Origin: a virus
Length of the DNA stretch: 32,828 bases
Reading direction: 5' to 3' (one strand)
Virus genome (UHGV): UHGV-0144137
Below, piece by piece: positions 18,482 to 28,623 of this stretch (position 1 is the first letter of the stretch; each line of letters begins with the position of its first letter). The translations under genes and the position numbers were made by a program. Below the pieces are notes generated by a model. It was not told the origin of the DNA and searched no databases. It was given only the letters and a program-made list of their open reading frames with translations.

Positions 18482-20601
18482 TGGCCTATAGTCGTGAACA
18501 GTTGATGACGGCGTTAAGGAATGCTGATGCTGCCGGCGATACTGAGGGAGCACGTCGCATTGCTCAGATGCTGTCTTCTGATGATCAATCCACTCAAAAC
18601 CAATCGCAGCCAGAAGAACAATCTCTGGTAGGAAAAGCTACTGACTGGCTCACTGGTGGTCAAAGTGCAGGGCAAATTGCAGAACAGGCTGGTCGTGGTC
18701 TGGTAAACATACCATTTGACGTATTGCAGGGTGGCGCAAGTCTGATTAATGCAATCAGCCAGGGGCTTGGTGGCCCAAAGGTTTTGGATGATGTTTATCG
18801 CCCTGTCGATCGACCGACAGACCCTTACGCGCAAGCCGGTGAAACAATTGGTGGGTATCTCCTGCCAATTGGCACAGCGGCAAAAGCTGCTGGAGCGCCA
18901 GCAAAGCTCGCTGGAGATATCGGTTCCTCAGGAAACATGATTGCAGGTTCTCTTGCTGATGCTGCAAATCAGGAGGGCGACTTTGCACAAAATGCTGCCA
19001 TTAACGGTGGTATCAATATTGGTGCTCAGGGGATACTTTCTGGGGCTGGAAGGATCTTAACCTCTAAATCACCTCAAGTTCTTGGTGGCGGGGCAATAAA
19101 TTCCGCTGCTGATGTTTCGAAATTGGCAAAGTCTGGTACAGGAAGAGAGATTATTGCCAGACAGTCAGCTAATGTGTCAGACGAAATAGCAAAAGCAGCA
19201 GATACTGCTGGAATAGATATCAACGCATTAACTCCTGGCATGAGATCAGGTAGTCGTGGTCTTGCTCAGGCGGAGGGGATTCTGGCGTCAAAGCCCGGAA
19301 TTACACAGGATGCACACACCAAAGCATTCAGTGAAATAGAGTTGAAATTTAACTCAGCATTGGATGAGTTTGGGGCTGAAGCAGGAACTGCATCAGAAAA
19401 AAGTGCAGCCATAAAACAAAGGGTTTTGGCAAGTATTGATAAAATGAAAAATTCAGAAAAGGCCGCATGGGATAGCGTCCGCTCCACGATGCCTGACGCA
19501 AAGGCCAGAATGTCAAACCTGAACGCTACAATTCAGGGTGATATTTTGGCTGGCATGCCGCTAACTCCTGAGATGAAACAATTCGCATCTGCTTATGCTA
19601 AAACTGGTAAAAAAGGAATCACGTTTGATGCCATGAAGGCATGGCGAAGTAAACTTGCTGACGCAGAGCAGAAGTATATAAGGTCTGGTGAGGCAAATAC
19701 GGCAAGGCGCATGGCTGAGCTTCGTGATGCAGCAACGGAAGATATGCGCATAATGGCTCAAAATGGCGGTTTTCTTGATGACTGGCAAAAAGCTAATGAT
19801 CTGTCAAAGGCAAGATTTACAGCACAAGAACAGGCTGAAGCAGCGTTTGGTAGAGACCTTGCAACTGATCAGTTGGTAACTAATGGATCTAAGGCGTTAC
19901 AGGGTTCAGCAAAAAGTGGAACAGGTCAGTTCCATAAAATAATAAGCGCCCTACCTGAGTCGGAACGCGCGCCAGCAATTGCATCAATATTACAAGATGC
20001 AATGTCGCAAGGGGTACGCGGAGGTAAGTCTGAAGAGGCTGGAATTAAGCATATCGCGACTATTCTTACCCCACAAAACGTGAAGGCAATTAGTCGATAT
20101 TCTCCAGAACTTGGCAGGATTACAAGTTCATACGGAGAACTTGCACGAGCAGCAACAAAGCCACTTCGATATGTTGAACAGACAGGGCGATCTATGCCAG
20201 CCATTAGCACTCTTGAGAATGGCCTTCATCCAGTTTTAGAGAGCGCATTGTCTGGCGCTTTTAGAACTACTGGCACTATCGCAGGGTTCTCTGGAGGAGG
20301 CGTTATTGGAGCAATAGCGGGTGGCGCTGCAGGTGGGGCAATTGATGCAATGGCAAAAGGAGCGATAGCGAAATTATCCGCAACTAGAAGCGGTCGTTAC
20401 GCTATTGAAAAGGCTGTTCAAGAGGCAACAAAGGCAGTTAAGGTTGGGGCAAGTGATGGCGCATTAGCGGCGGCGGAACGCAGATTTATGGCAAATAAGG
20501 CCGCCGTAAAAGCAATACGCGAGGCACTAGGAAACGAAGAGTTCCAGCGTTTAGCAAGAGCTGGAATTGTGGCATCGCTAAGCGGAATGGCACAGGAGTA
20601 A
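18481..20601 (+). CDS. Ejection protein, P22 gp16-like (extended)
   Basis: 706 aa; ATG overlaps the gp20 stop; Ala/Gly-rich with Gly-rich hydrophobic C-terminal segment; longer than P22 gp16 (about 609 aa). Confidence 0.78.
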
Positions 20602-21006
20602 TTAGTCATCCATGGATGGATTGAGCTTATCTCGTGTTGATGTGGCAATTTTCCCAACATTTTTCAACCAAGATTTTAAGAAGGATATGTCGTCCTTAAT
20701 ATCATGAATATCCTCATTCTTTATACGATCAACCTTATCCTCTAAGCTCTCTATAGAACGCTCAATGCTAGACAGAGAGATTTTTAAGTCCCCTTGCTCA
20801 CGTTCCAGTGAGGATTTGAGAGCACAATATTCGTTTTCTAGAATTCCTATTTTTTTTGTTAGAGAGTGCATTCGATACTCATACACCAAACCAGAAACGA
20901 CTAATGCAGCCAACAGAAACCATTCAAGCACACCAACCTCCTTAGTTTTGAGCAGGATACCAGATGATAATGTGTAGTTGGAATAGCGCGGTTGTAATGC
21001 AAGCAT
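20602..21006 (-). CDS. hypothetical membrane-anchored coiled-coil protein (moron; candidate exclusion factor)
   Basis: 134 aa on the opposite strand to the late genes; one TM helix (VLEWFLLAALVVSGLVY) then a charged coiled coil; own promoter region shared with the divergent gene. Confidence 0.55.
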   Translation of the reverse strand: MLALQPRYSNYTLSSGILLKTKEVGVLEWFLLAALVVSGLVYEYRMHSLTKKIGILENEYCALKSSLEREQGDLKISLSSIERSIESLEDKVDRIKNEDIHDIKDDISFLKSWLKNVGKIATSTRDKLNPSMDD

Positions 21007-21087
21007 TTTGTTTTAGTTTTATGCTTGCTTGTATGTGTGTACAGTGTATATAATGCAAGCATACATCACAACAAAGGTGCTTGCATT

Positions 21088-22056
21088 ATGACTGAAAAGA
21101 ACAATGGCGAAGGGAAAGCTAAGGGCGGGATCGCTCGCGCAAAGTCGCTGACTAAAGAGCAGCGTTCTGAAATAGCAAAGAAAGCAGCTGCTGCAAGATG
21201 GAAAAGTAAGATTCTCAGGGCAACTCATCGTGGTAACTTTTTAGATGATTTTGGCATTGATGCTGAATGTTATGTACTGGATGACGAGTCGAAAACTGTC
21301 GTTGTTACGAAAACTGGATTATCTCAGTTGCTAGGGATTGGTGAACATGCCAGGGATTTAGATCAACTGCTTGGCGCTCAGTATATGAGCAAATACCGAG
21401 ATCTAGAATTGCAGCGAAAAATGGAAAATCCCTATAAATTTCAACTTACTTCGAAGTCTAAAACCGTTCATCAAGCGTTAGGTTATGACATTACAGCAAT
21501 TGTTGATATTGGTAGGGCACTAATAGAAGCTAAAGATAATGACGATCTACCACAATCACGGTTAAAGGCAGCCGCCGCAGCACAGAGACTTATTAATGCC
21601 TCCGCTAAGGCGGGAATTAAGGGGGTTGCGTATGCGCTTGCTGGTTATCGTCCAGAAGTTCAGGCTGTCATTGACGAGTTCAAAGCGTTTGTTCGTGAAG
21701 AGGCTCGTCAATATGAAAAGGAATTTCCAGATGAGCTATACGAGGAGTGGTATCGACTGTACGGCCTGAATAGGCCAGAGAAAGGACGGCCTATTCGTTT
21801 TGGGCAGCTAACCAACATGCAGATATACACCCCGCTAGCAAAGAGTAAAGGTAAAATCCTTGAACAGATTCGAGCCAGCCGAGACGAGAACGGAAAACAA
21901 TCTGATAAGTTGCATCTGTTCCTTTCTGAAATTGGTGTCAAGGCTTTGCGTCAGCATATCGGTAAGCTTCTTGGTGTCGCAGCGATGAGTGAGACAAGAG
22001 AAGAATACGAAAAAGGAATAGAAAAGGTTTTCGGAAGAATGAAACCAGAAATCTAA
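21088..22056 (+). CDS. hypothetical protein with basic N-terminus (moron)
   Basis: Track ORF 21025..22056 trimmed to ATG 21088 (MTEKNNGEGKAKGGIARAKSLTKEQRSEIAKKAAAARW...); preceded by TTGCTT-N18-TATAAT promoter-like sequence; followed by a bidirectional terminator. Confidence 0.6.
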   Translation: MTEKNNGEGKAKGGIARAKSLTKEQRSEIAKKAAAARWKSKILRATHRGNFLDDFGIDAECYVLDDESKTVVVTKTGLSQLLGIGEHARDLDQLLGAQYMSKYRDLELQRKMENPYKFQLTSKSKTVHQALGYDITAIVDIGRALIEAKDNDDLPQSRLKAAAAAQRLINASAKAGIKGVAYALAGYRPEVQAVIDEFKAFVREEARQYEKEFPDELYEEWYRLYGLNRPEKGRPIRFGQLTNMQIYTPLAKSKGKILEQIRASRDENGKQSDKLHLFLSEIGVKALRQHIGKLLGVAAMSETREEYEKGIEKVFGRMKPEI

Positions 22057-22061
22057 TTATG

Positions 22062-22087
22062 AAACCCACCTTCAGGTGGGTTTTTTG
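22062..22087. terminator. Bidirectional intrinsic terminator between convergent genes
   Basis: Stem AAACCCACC / GGTGGGTTT with loop TTCA, A-run on one side and TTTTTTGTTTT on the other; overlaps the mnt stop codon. Confidence 0.6.
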
Positions 22088-22323
22088 TTTTCTTGCATGT
22101 TCCTCAGCGTCTCAAGCAGCGCCTCTTTGAATTTGTCAGCTTCTTGCTGAGCAAATGACTCAACTGACTTTGGCGACCTATCTTCATCAATCGCGGCTTG
22201 CAAAATCATGACGATCTCGGAGTTAACAGAGCGACCATTTTTTGATGCTCTGACAGCAAGAGCCTCGCGTAAAGATTCAGGGATTCTTACCGTAGTTGGA
22301 GAAATTGACACACCCTTTGCCAT
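22072..22323 (-). CDS. mnt: Mnt-like ribbon-helix-helix reperessor (immI region)
   Basis: 83 aa (same length as P22 Mnt); RHH signature NGRSVNSE shared with Arc/Mnt; divergent from the arc-like/ant genes. Confidence 0.75.
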   Translation of the reverse strand: MAKGVSISPTTVRIPESLREALAVRASKNGRSVNSEIVMILQAAIDEDRSPKSVESFAQQEADKFKEALLETLRNMQENKKPT

Positions 22324-22438
22324 AGCACACCTTTGGTATTCAATTTGATATCAAAGTGTATGCAAAAAAATTTTGACTAGATATACTCACCTTGCTATCT
22401 TTTGTATTCGAAAAGAGTTGTTTTGTATGGAGGGTAAC
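22324..22438. promoter_or_regulatory. Divergent immI-like control region (mnt and arc/ant promoters and operators)
   Basis: Intergenic region between divergent RHH repressor genes; 12 bp perfect palindrome TTTGATATCAAA at 22344-22355; TTGACT at 22373-22378; GGAGGG Shine-Dalgarno before the arc-like ATG. Confidence 0.5.
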
Positions 22439-22591
22439 ATGGAGAAAGAAATAAGTAAGATTTTGGTAAGGATGCCGCAGTCGTTAAAGGATGCTATCGG
22501 TAGTAGGGCAAAGGAAGAGTGCAGGTCGTTTAACTCAGAGGTTATCAAGCGACTGATAGACAGCCTGAAGAGGGAGGGGGTAGTGGTATGA
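22439..22591 (+). CDS. arc: Arc-like ribbon-helix-helix repressor
   Basis: Track ORF 22373..22591 trimmed to ATG 22439 (MEKEISKILVRMPQSLKDAIGSRAKEECRSFNSEVIKRLIDSLKREG): 50 aa, RHH pattern with the RSxNSE motif as in P22 Arc. Confidence 0.7.
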   Translation: MEKEISKILVRMPQSLKDAIGSRAKEECRSFNSEVIKRLIDSLKREGVVV

Positions 22592-22779
22592 AAAACCGCA
22601 GATGTTGTTTTTGTGGGTGTAGTAAAGAAACGACTGGCAGGGGCTTTGTTGTGTCAAAAAATACCGAAGAAGCAATTTGTAACTCATGCGTTACAGATAT
22701 TGTTATTTTCATGCATACCGAGAAGGGGTTAGATGAAAAGCTAGAGAGTATTCCAGTTGAAGGCGCTGATAAAAGTTGA
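22588..22779 (+). CDS. small Cys-rich (zinc-ribbon-like) protein between arc-like and ant
   Basis: 63 aa; CCFCGC...CNSC cysteine pattern; ATGA overlap with the arc-like stop. Confidence 0.45.
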   Translation: MKNRRCCFCGCSKETTGRGFVVSKNTEEAICNSCVTDIVIFMHTEKGLDEKLESIPVEGADKS

Positions 22780-22842
22780 AGCCCCAACTGCGGGAACAGT
22801 CAGGGCTTCGGTATCGTAAAACCACGCATAGGAATTAACGAC

Positions 22843-23766
22843 ATGACGAGTGTAGCAATTGCAGAACATACAATCAACGTTCCATTCCACGGAACAAATC
22901 TCTTTTTGGTCAGCATTAACAATGAACCTTACGTTCCTATGAAACCCGTTGTAGAAGGCATGGGTATGGTTTGGGCTGCTCAATTTGTTAAATTAAAACA
23001 GAGATTTGTCAAAGGTATTTCGGAAATCGAAATACCTTCTGCTGGCGGTAAACAGTTAATGATATGCCTTGCCTTTCGTAAGTTTGCGGCTTGGCTTTCA
23101 AGCATTCAGCCAAACAAAGTCCGTCCTGAAATCCGCGACAAGGTAATCCAGTATCAGGAAGAGTGTGACGATGTGCTATACGAGTACTGGACTAAAGGTC
23201 ATGTAGTTAACCCACGCAAAGCTAAAAAGGCGTTGCCGGGTAAAATCACCACTGAACAGCAGGAAGCCATTAAACAACTCGTCATGAGTCGCGGTCAGTC
23301 TCTGCCAAAGGAAAAACAGGCTAAGGCGATGATCACCATGTGGTCGTCACTGAAATCCCATTTTGGATGTTCATACAAAGAAATCAGTGAGGAGCAGTTT
23401 ACCGAAGCACTGTCACTTGCAGCTCGAGTTCCGCTTGAAGGTGAGTTCATTGGCAAACAAGAGAAGAAAACCAACGAGCTTTCTGCAAAAGAAGCAAACA
23501 GCCTTGTATGGCTATGGGATTATGCCAACCGCTCACAGGCATTATTCCGCGAATTGTATCCGGCGCTAAAACAAATTCAATCGAACTATTCCGGCAGATG
23601 TCATGACTGCGGTTATGAGTTCTCCCGTATTATCGATATGGCGAGAGATGTTTTAATCAACCATACACGAGATGTTGATATTAATGAGCCAGACGGACCA
23701 ACAAACCTTTCAGCATGGATAAGACTTAAGAACAAAGAATTACCTCCTTCAGTACATAACTACTGA
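22843..23766 (+). CDS. ant: Antirepressor Ant
   Basis: 307 aa; N-terminal VPFHGTNLFLVSINNEPYVPMKPVVEGMG and internal IPSAGGKQLMICL / VIQYQEECDDVLY closely resemble P22 Ant as I recall it. Confidence 0.88.
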   Translation: MTSVAIAEHTINVPFHGTNLFLVSINNEPYVPMKPVVEGMGMVWAAQFVKLKQRFVKGISEIEIPSAGGKQLMICLAFRKFAAWLSSIQPNKVRPEIRDKVIQYQEECDDVLYEYWTKGHVVNPRKAKKALPGKITTEQQEAIKQLVMSRGQSLPKEKQAKAMITMWSSLKSHFGCSYKEISEEQFTEALSLAARVPLEGEFIGKQEKKTNELSAKEANSLVWLWDYANRSQALFRELYPALKQIQSNYSGRCHDCGYEFSRIIDMARDVLINHTRDVDINEPDGPTNLSAWIRLKNKELPPSVHNY

Positions 23767-23784
23767 CAGATAACCAACGCAACG

Positions 23785-23808
23785 ACCCAGCTTCGGCTGG
23801 GTTTTTTT
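23785..23808 (+). terminator. Intrinsic terminator after ant
   Basis: Stem ACCCAGC / GCTGGGT with loop TTCG, followed by TTTTTTT. Confidence 0.7.
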
Positions 23809-23866
23809 ATGCCCAAAATTCACCGTGGCCACGCTGCGGCGATTCATTGTATCTGGAGCAAATTAA

Positions 23867-25945
23867 ATGACAGACATTACAGCCAATGTTGTAGTGAGTA
23901 TGCCTTCGCAACTCTTCACTATGGCTCGTTCTTTTAAAGCCGTAGCCAATGGCAAAATTTATATCGGTAAAATTGACACTGACCCGGTAAATCCTGAAAA
24001 CCAGATTCAGGTCTATGTTGAGAACGAAGATGGTTCTCACGTTCCTGTTTCTCAACCAATCATCATTAACGCTGCTGGTTACCCTGTATATAACGGACAG
24101 ATTGCCAAGTTCGTAACTGTGCAAGGCCATTCTATGGCGGTTTATGATGCGTATGGTGCGCAGCAGTTTTATTTTCCTAATGTGCTGAAGTATGACCCTG
24201 ATCAGTTTCAGAAGAGGTTGGCATCCTTTGATGATGGTGATGGGGATGAATTAGTGTCGGTGAAACAACCATTCCCCGGAGCAGCAAATCAAACTCAACA
24301 CCAAAAGAACCAACAAATCATTGATGTTCTTGACTTCGGTGCTCATCCATCGAATGCTGACAATAAAGTAGCTCTGCAATTTGCGCTAGATGCAATATAT
24401 AGCATTGGAGGAGGTACACTACAGTTTTCACTACCAGGCATATATACTTTGCTTTCTGAGTTGCAAATAAAATCAAATACTCACCTAAAGATGACTGATG
24501 GCGTAACCATTAAACGTAATTTTTCTAATGACGTCATGCTGAGAATAAGCCCTAATACTGGCACTAACATTAAAATAACAGGCGGAATACTAGATGGAGG
24601 AGGACAAGACCACCCTACAGATCCTTTTGACATCATTGCAGCCTCCTCACCAAGAAATCTTTCTATTGTTGGAGTAACATTTCTTGATGTAGTCGATTTT
24701 CATGCTGTAGATATTGCTGACGGGCAAGGGGTGATTATAAGAGACTGTAAGTTTCTTGGCTTCAAACCACTTTCCAACCGAAATTATTCAGAAGCGATCC
24801 AGTTAGATCCGGGGATTGAATCTCTTGGCGATTATTACCCAAACATCAATGTTCTTGTTGATAACTGTTATTTTGGTTCAAATCCACAAAATACCACCAC
24901 TGGGTTTGGGGCGTGGGGGGTGGGGGTTGGGAACCATGCTAATTCATATGGGAATCAGGACAAAAATATAAGGGTCATAAACTGCAGGTTCGATGGAATG
25001 CTCTTTGCCGGGGTAAGGGTTTTCAACTGGTATGATTGGGTGGTTAGCGGATGCTCTTTCTATAACAGTACCGCGCGAGGAGTTCATGTAACCCCATTCC
25101 CATCATCATCAAAACCACAGGGGGCAAGGAGGGGGCGCATTGTTGGCAATTATTTTGAAGGCGTTAGATCCCCGATTCTTCTGGCTGCACCTACATATCC
25201 ATATACAGATACATCAGATGCATTTCATGAAGATATCGTAATATCCAACAATTCCATGTTTATTACAGAGTCTCAATCATATGCAGTAGACGCAAGATGG
25301 GTTTCAGGACTAACTGTCACTGGAAACACAGCAAGAGGCGGAATCGGTTTTTTCAAAGGTGATTTTATTAACAAATCAATCATCTCTAATAATGAATACG
25401 ATTCAGGAACATCAAGTTCTTTATGGATTTCTGAAACTAATGCAGAAGAATTTATAGGGTCTGGTTTTTCGCATGATGTTGTAATTTCTAGCAACATCTT
25501 TAGAAATATTTCCCTGCATGGGATTCATATTAATGGTAAATATTCAAATGTTACTATTCAATCAAACATTATAGTTGGGGTTTCTACCGCAGATAATAAC
25601 CATAATGGCATACGAATTGACTCTGGTGCAGAAAATGTAATTGTTAGTTCAAATCAAATTCGTGATGGCGTTGCAAATAATAAACCATCAGTTGGTATAT
25701 TTGCTACATCAAGCTGTAAGAGCGTGTCATTTATAGGGAATGTTTCATTTGGAACATCAGCCACACAGAATAATCAAGCTACAGATAAAAGCTCACTTGT
25801 GATATTTGGGCAAGAAGGCAACCCAACATCTAGCGGAGTTGGAGCACCAGTTGGTTCTATTTACACTCGTTCTGATGGAGGTGGAAATACAGTACTTTAT
25901 ATAAAGGAAAGCAACACAAATGCTACAGGTTGGGTTAATAAGTAA
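23867..25945 (+). CDS. Tailspike protein: P22-type head-binding domain plus divergent beta-helix receptor-binding domain
   Basis: 692 aa; the first ~115 aa ([34 protein letters not shown]...NVLKYDPDQ) match the P22 gp9 head-binding domain; the remainder is a Gly/Asn/Ser-rich beta-helix-like sequence on AT-rich DNA. Confidence 0.9.
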   Translation: MTDITANVVVSMPSQLFTMARSFKAVANGKIYIGKIDTDPVNPENQIQVYVENEDGSHVPVSQPIIINAAGYPVYNGQIAKFVTVQGHSMAVYDAYGAQQFYFPNVLKYDPDQFQKRLASFDDGDGDELVSVKQPFPGAANQTQHQKNQQIIDVLDFGAHPSNADNKVALQFALDAIYSIGGGTLQFSLPGIYTLLSELQIKSNTHLKMTDGVTIKRNFSNDVMLRISPNTGTNIKITGGILDGGGQDHPTDPFDIIAASSPRNLSIVGVTFLDVVDFHAVDIADGQGVIIRDCKFLGFKPLSNRNYSEAIQLDPGIESLGDYYPNINVLVDNCYFGSNPQNTTTGFGAWGVGVGNHANSYGNQDKNIRVINCRFDGMLFAGVRVFNWYDWVVSGCSFYNSTARGVHVTPFPSSSKPQGARRGRIVGNYFEGVRSPILLAAPTYPYTDTSDAFHEDIVISNNSMFITESQSYAVDARWVSGLTVTGNTARGGIGFFKGDFINKSIISNNEYDSGTSSSLWISETNAEEFIGSGFSHDVVISSNIFRNISLHGIHINGKYSNVTIQSNIIVGVSTADNNHNGIRIDSGAENVIVSSNQIRDGVANNKPSVGIFATSSCKSVSFIGNVSFGTSATQNNQATDKSSLVIFGQEGNPTSSGVGAPVGSIYTRSDGGGNTVLYIKESNTNATGWVNK

Positions 25946-26472
25946 AACCAGCATTTAAATACAATATATATCATAAAACTTACATAATAGTTATAACTAT
26001 AATTCTTGCTTAAGAATTTATAAAAACTGAGACACACAAAGCTTTGCACTTGATTGCAAGGCGTTGTGCTCTTCGATAGTGGTTAAGGTGGATCACTCCA
26101 CCTTTTCATCAAGCCAGTCCGCCCACCACTGCATCATTTCTCTGCGCTTATCGAGATACTGAGCATGGTTGTAAATTCAGCTAACCCAATGCGTTGACAA
26201 AAAATTAGCGCAAGAGGACAAAAAATCACCTTGCGCTAATGCTCTGTTGTAGGTCACTAATGCCATCTAAGTAGTTGATTCATAGTGACTGCATATGTTG
26301 TGTTTTGTCGCATTTTGCAGTCTGTTATTTAACCGTAAATACTTATAAACATATGATTTTTAAATAATTTATATGATTTTGTCATCCTTTAGGTGAAAAA
26401 GAACGCTGGAGTACCAGCGGTGATGTTCACGAAATTAAAAATCTTCCTGTAATCCTCTATAGCAAACAGGCG

Positions 26473-26901
26473 TTGATGACGTCGGCAAAGGACGGCCTGT
26501 TGAAGAAGAATGTATCAGGGGTGAAGAGTTCCAAGCATGGCTGCTTTGTTTATGGCGATACCTCGTTTTCTTTCAGTGAGGTAATGGAAGCTATCTTCAT
26601 CAGTGGGCTGTTCTTCTATGCGCCAATAGACGCCGCCAGTAGTCTTGATGAACTGAAAGTGAGTTTGGCTGGGCTGGAAGAAGAACTGGCCGAAGTACCA
26701 AAAGTGGATTCGAATGGCAATGAAACAGATAAAGAACCTACTATAGTCGTAGCCGAAGGTGCTTTTGATTCGGTCGCTGCTCACATGGAAACAGAAGCTG
26801 AGGAGTGGCAATCTATTAAGAACCTGTGCCAACGAGAAGGTGAGCTGCCCATACGTATTGGTGGTATTAAAATGGCTGAGCCACCAGAGTTTCATTTTTA
26901 G
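26473..26901 (+). CDS. hypothetical acidic protein (first gene of two-gene accessory operon)
   Basis: 142 aa ORF 52 nt upstream of the 393 aa ORF, same strand; acidic C-terminal half; no recognisable motif; true start uncertain. Confidence 0.45.
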   Translation: MMTSAKDGLLKKNVSGVKSSKHGCFVYGDTSFSFSEVMEAIFISGLFFYAPIDAASSLDELKVSLAGLEEELAEVPKVDSNGNETDKEPTIVVAEGAFDSVAAHMETEAEEWQSIKNLCQREGELPIRIGGIKMAEPPEFHF

Positions 26902-26961
26902 TTTAAAAGCAACAATCTACCACTTAATGATTACGAAGCTATAAGTTGAAGGATGATTCAC

Positions 26962-28134
26962 ATGCCACACAAGAAAGTAGCATTACAGCTCATTGAAGAA
27001 ACACTTAAAGAACTCGAGTCACCAAAAGGTTCTTTGTTATCGGCTATACAAAAACTACAGCGGACTTCGGATATCATCAATGATGATGATAAAAAGATAT
27101 GGTGTGCTATTCAATTAGGTGATACTAAATATACAAAGCCAATAACTGAATTGCTTAAGTTTGTTATTGAGGCTGAAAATACAAAAAATAAATCTTTCCA
27201 AGAAAATTTAGACAAACGAATACAAGAACTTGCCAAATTAGGAGTTAAGGCTAATATACATTATTCAGATGAAGAACTCACATTAAAAAATATTGAAAGT
27301 GGTGGTGGATATAATAACATTGGGTTTATTGAAGAGAAATATGCCGATCTTGTAAGAAAAAAACAAGGCAATGACGGAACGTATTATAAGAATAGTTTAA
27401 ATCAACATATCAATTATGTTAGAAAAAAAGCACATGAATTAGCATCGCAAATATATAATCAACTAAAATTTTCAGGTACTGTCAGCAACTGTTTTGATGT
27501 ATTGAAAAATGCTGTTGATGATAAATTATTAGATCTAAATCCAGTGATCGCAGAACAACTAATGTTGGCATTTAAAGCTATTTCTTCAGATAAAGAAGAA
27601 GAATGGTCTCAAGCTTTAACTACATGTCGTAGGCTTCTAGAAGGGTTGGCTGATGAACTTTATCCGGCATCGAAGGAAAAATTTAATGGTCGGGCCGTTG
27701 GGCAAGGTCAATACGTAAACCGCCTTTGGGCATTTATGGATGGGGCTATTCAGTCTGATAGTAATAAAGACCTTGCCAAAGCACATATAGATTTTCTCGG
27801 ATCATGGTTAGATAAAGTTAATAAGTTAACAAATAAAGGTGTTCATGCCGAGTTAGATCGGATTGAAGCTGTAAAGTCAGTATTTCACACGTATTTAGTA
27901 GTGGCGGATTTGCTTGAGTATATGTCAAATACCAAAACCTCTGTATCTAAGCCTGATATCAATAAAGCTACTTTAGATGAACTGGAAGCATTGTTAAATA
28001 TAAATAGAACAATCGCTAAAGAAATTGTTAAAGCACGAGTTCGTGAAGGCAAGCTTGATCTGGATATTTTAAAAAACATAAAAGGTATAGGTGCTAAGAC
28101 GCTTAGTAATATACAAGAAGTGTTTGTTATGTAA
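26962..28134 (+). CDS. hypothetical alpha-helical protein with C-terminal ComEA-type helix-hairpin-helix DNA-binding domain
   Basis: Track ORF 26953..28134, start set to ATG 26962 (GAAGGA Shine-Dalgarno 9 nt upstream); C-terminus INKATLDELEALLNINRTIAKEIVKARVREGKLDLDILKNIKGIGAKTLSNI fits the ComEA HhH pattern; AT-rich codon usage. Confidence 0.6.
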   Translation: MPHKKVALQLIEETLKELESPKGSLLSAIQKLQRTSDIINDDDKKIWCAIQLGDTKYTKPITELLKFVIEAENTKNKSFQENLDKRIQELAKLGVKANIHYSDEELTLKNIESGGGYNNIGFIEEKYADLVRKKQGNDGTYYKNSLNQHINYVRKKAHELASQIYNQLKFSGTVSNCFDVLKNAVDDKLLDLNPVIAEQLMLAFKAISSDKEEEWSQALTTCRRLLEGLADELYPASKEKFNGRAVGQGQYVNRLWAFMDGAIQSDSNKDLAKAHIDFLGSWLDKVNKLTNKGVHAELDRIEAVKSVFHTYLVVADLLEYMSNTKTSVSKPDINKATLDELEALLNINRTIAKEIVKARVREGKLDLDILKNIKGIGAKTLSNIQEVFVM

Positions 28135-28170
28135 TTTATTTAGTATTTAATTGATATAATATCATGAAAT

Positions 28171-28206
28171 AAAATCGGGAGTTCATACGTAGCAACTCCC
28201 GATTTT
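28171..28206. terminator. Bidirectional terminator-like hairpin between convergent genes
   Basis: Perfect 10 bp stem ATCGGGAGTT / AACTCCCGAT flanked by AAAA and TTTT. Confidence 0.55.
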
Positions 28207-28225
28207 ACGATGATATGTTGTATTA

Positions 28226-28592
28226 TCAATCCATCAAACCACGTGAGGTCTTACTTGCAGTCTGACGAAAATCATAACGTTCCACAACATCACCCTTAAA
28301 CCAGATATCCAGTGATTTAATGTGTGCTGTGCTGCTATTGGTCAATAGAGCAAGGCCCGGTATGTAGTTAGATAGTTGGCTTTCTCCCGTCATACTTGAG
28401 TAGTTCCACATCTCCTGTCCATCATTCGTAGCGCTCTCCAAAGGCAGCAAGAATTTCTTGTTGGGTTGTTTTTCCCTTGACGATTTTAACTTTAACCGTC
28501 TGATGATTTTCATCAGTTAGGGATTTATTACCATGAACGGTACAGCCACCAAGTGGTAATATTATAAAAATAGCAAGTAATAATTTTTTCAT
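28226..28592 (-). pseudogene. Lipoprotein gene apparently split by a frameshift
   Basis: Two overlapping minus-strand ORFs (28422..28634 and 28226..28513) in different frames; the upstream one carries signal peptide and lipobox MKKLLLAIFIILPLGGC (ATG at 28592), the downstream one lacks its own signal; overlap region contains a homopolymer run. Confidence 0.4.
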
Positions 28593-28623
28593 TTTTGTTC
28601 CAGAAATAGATGAAAGGTGAGAC

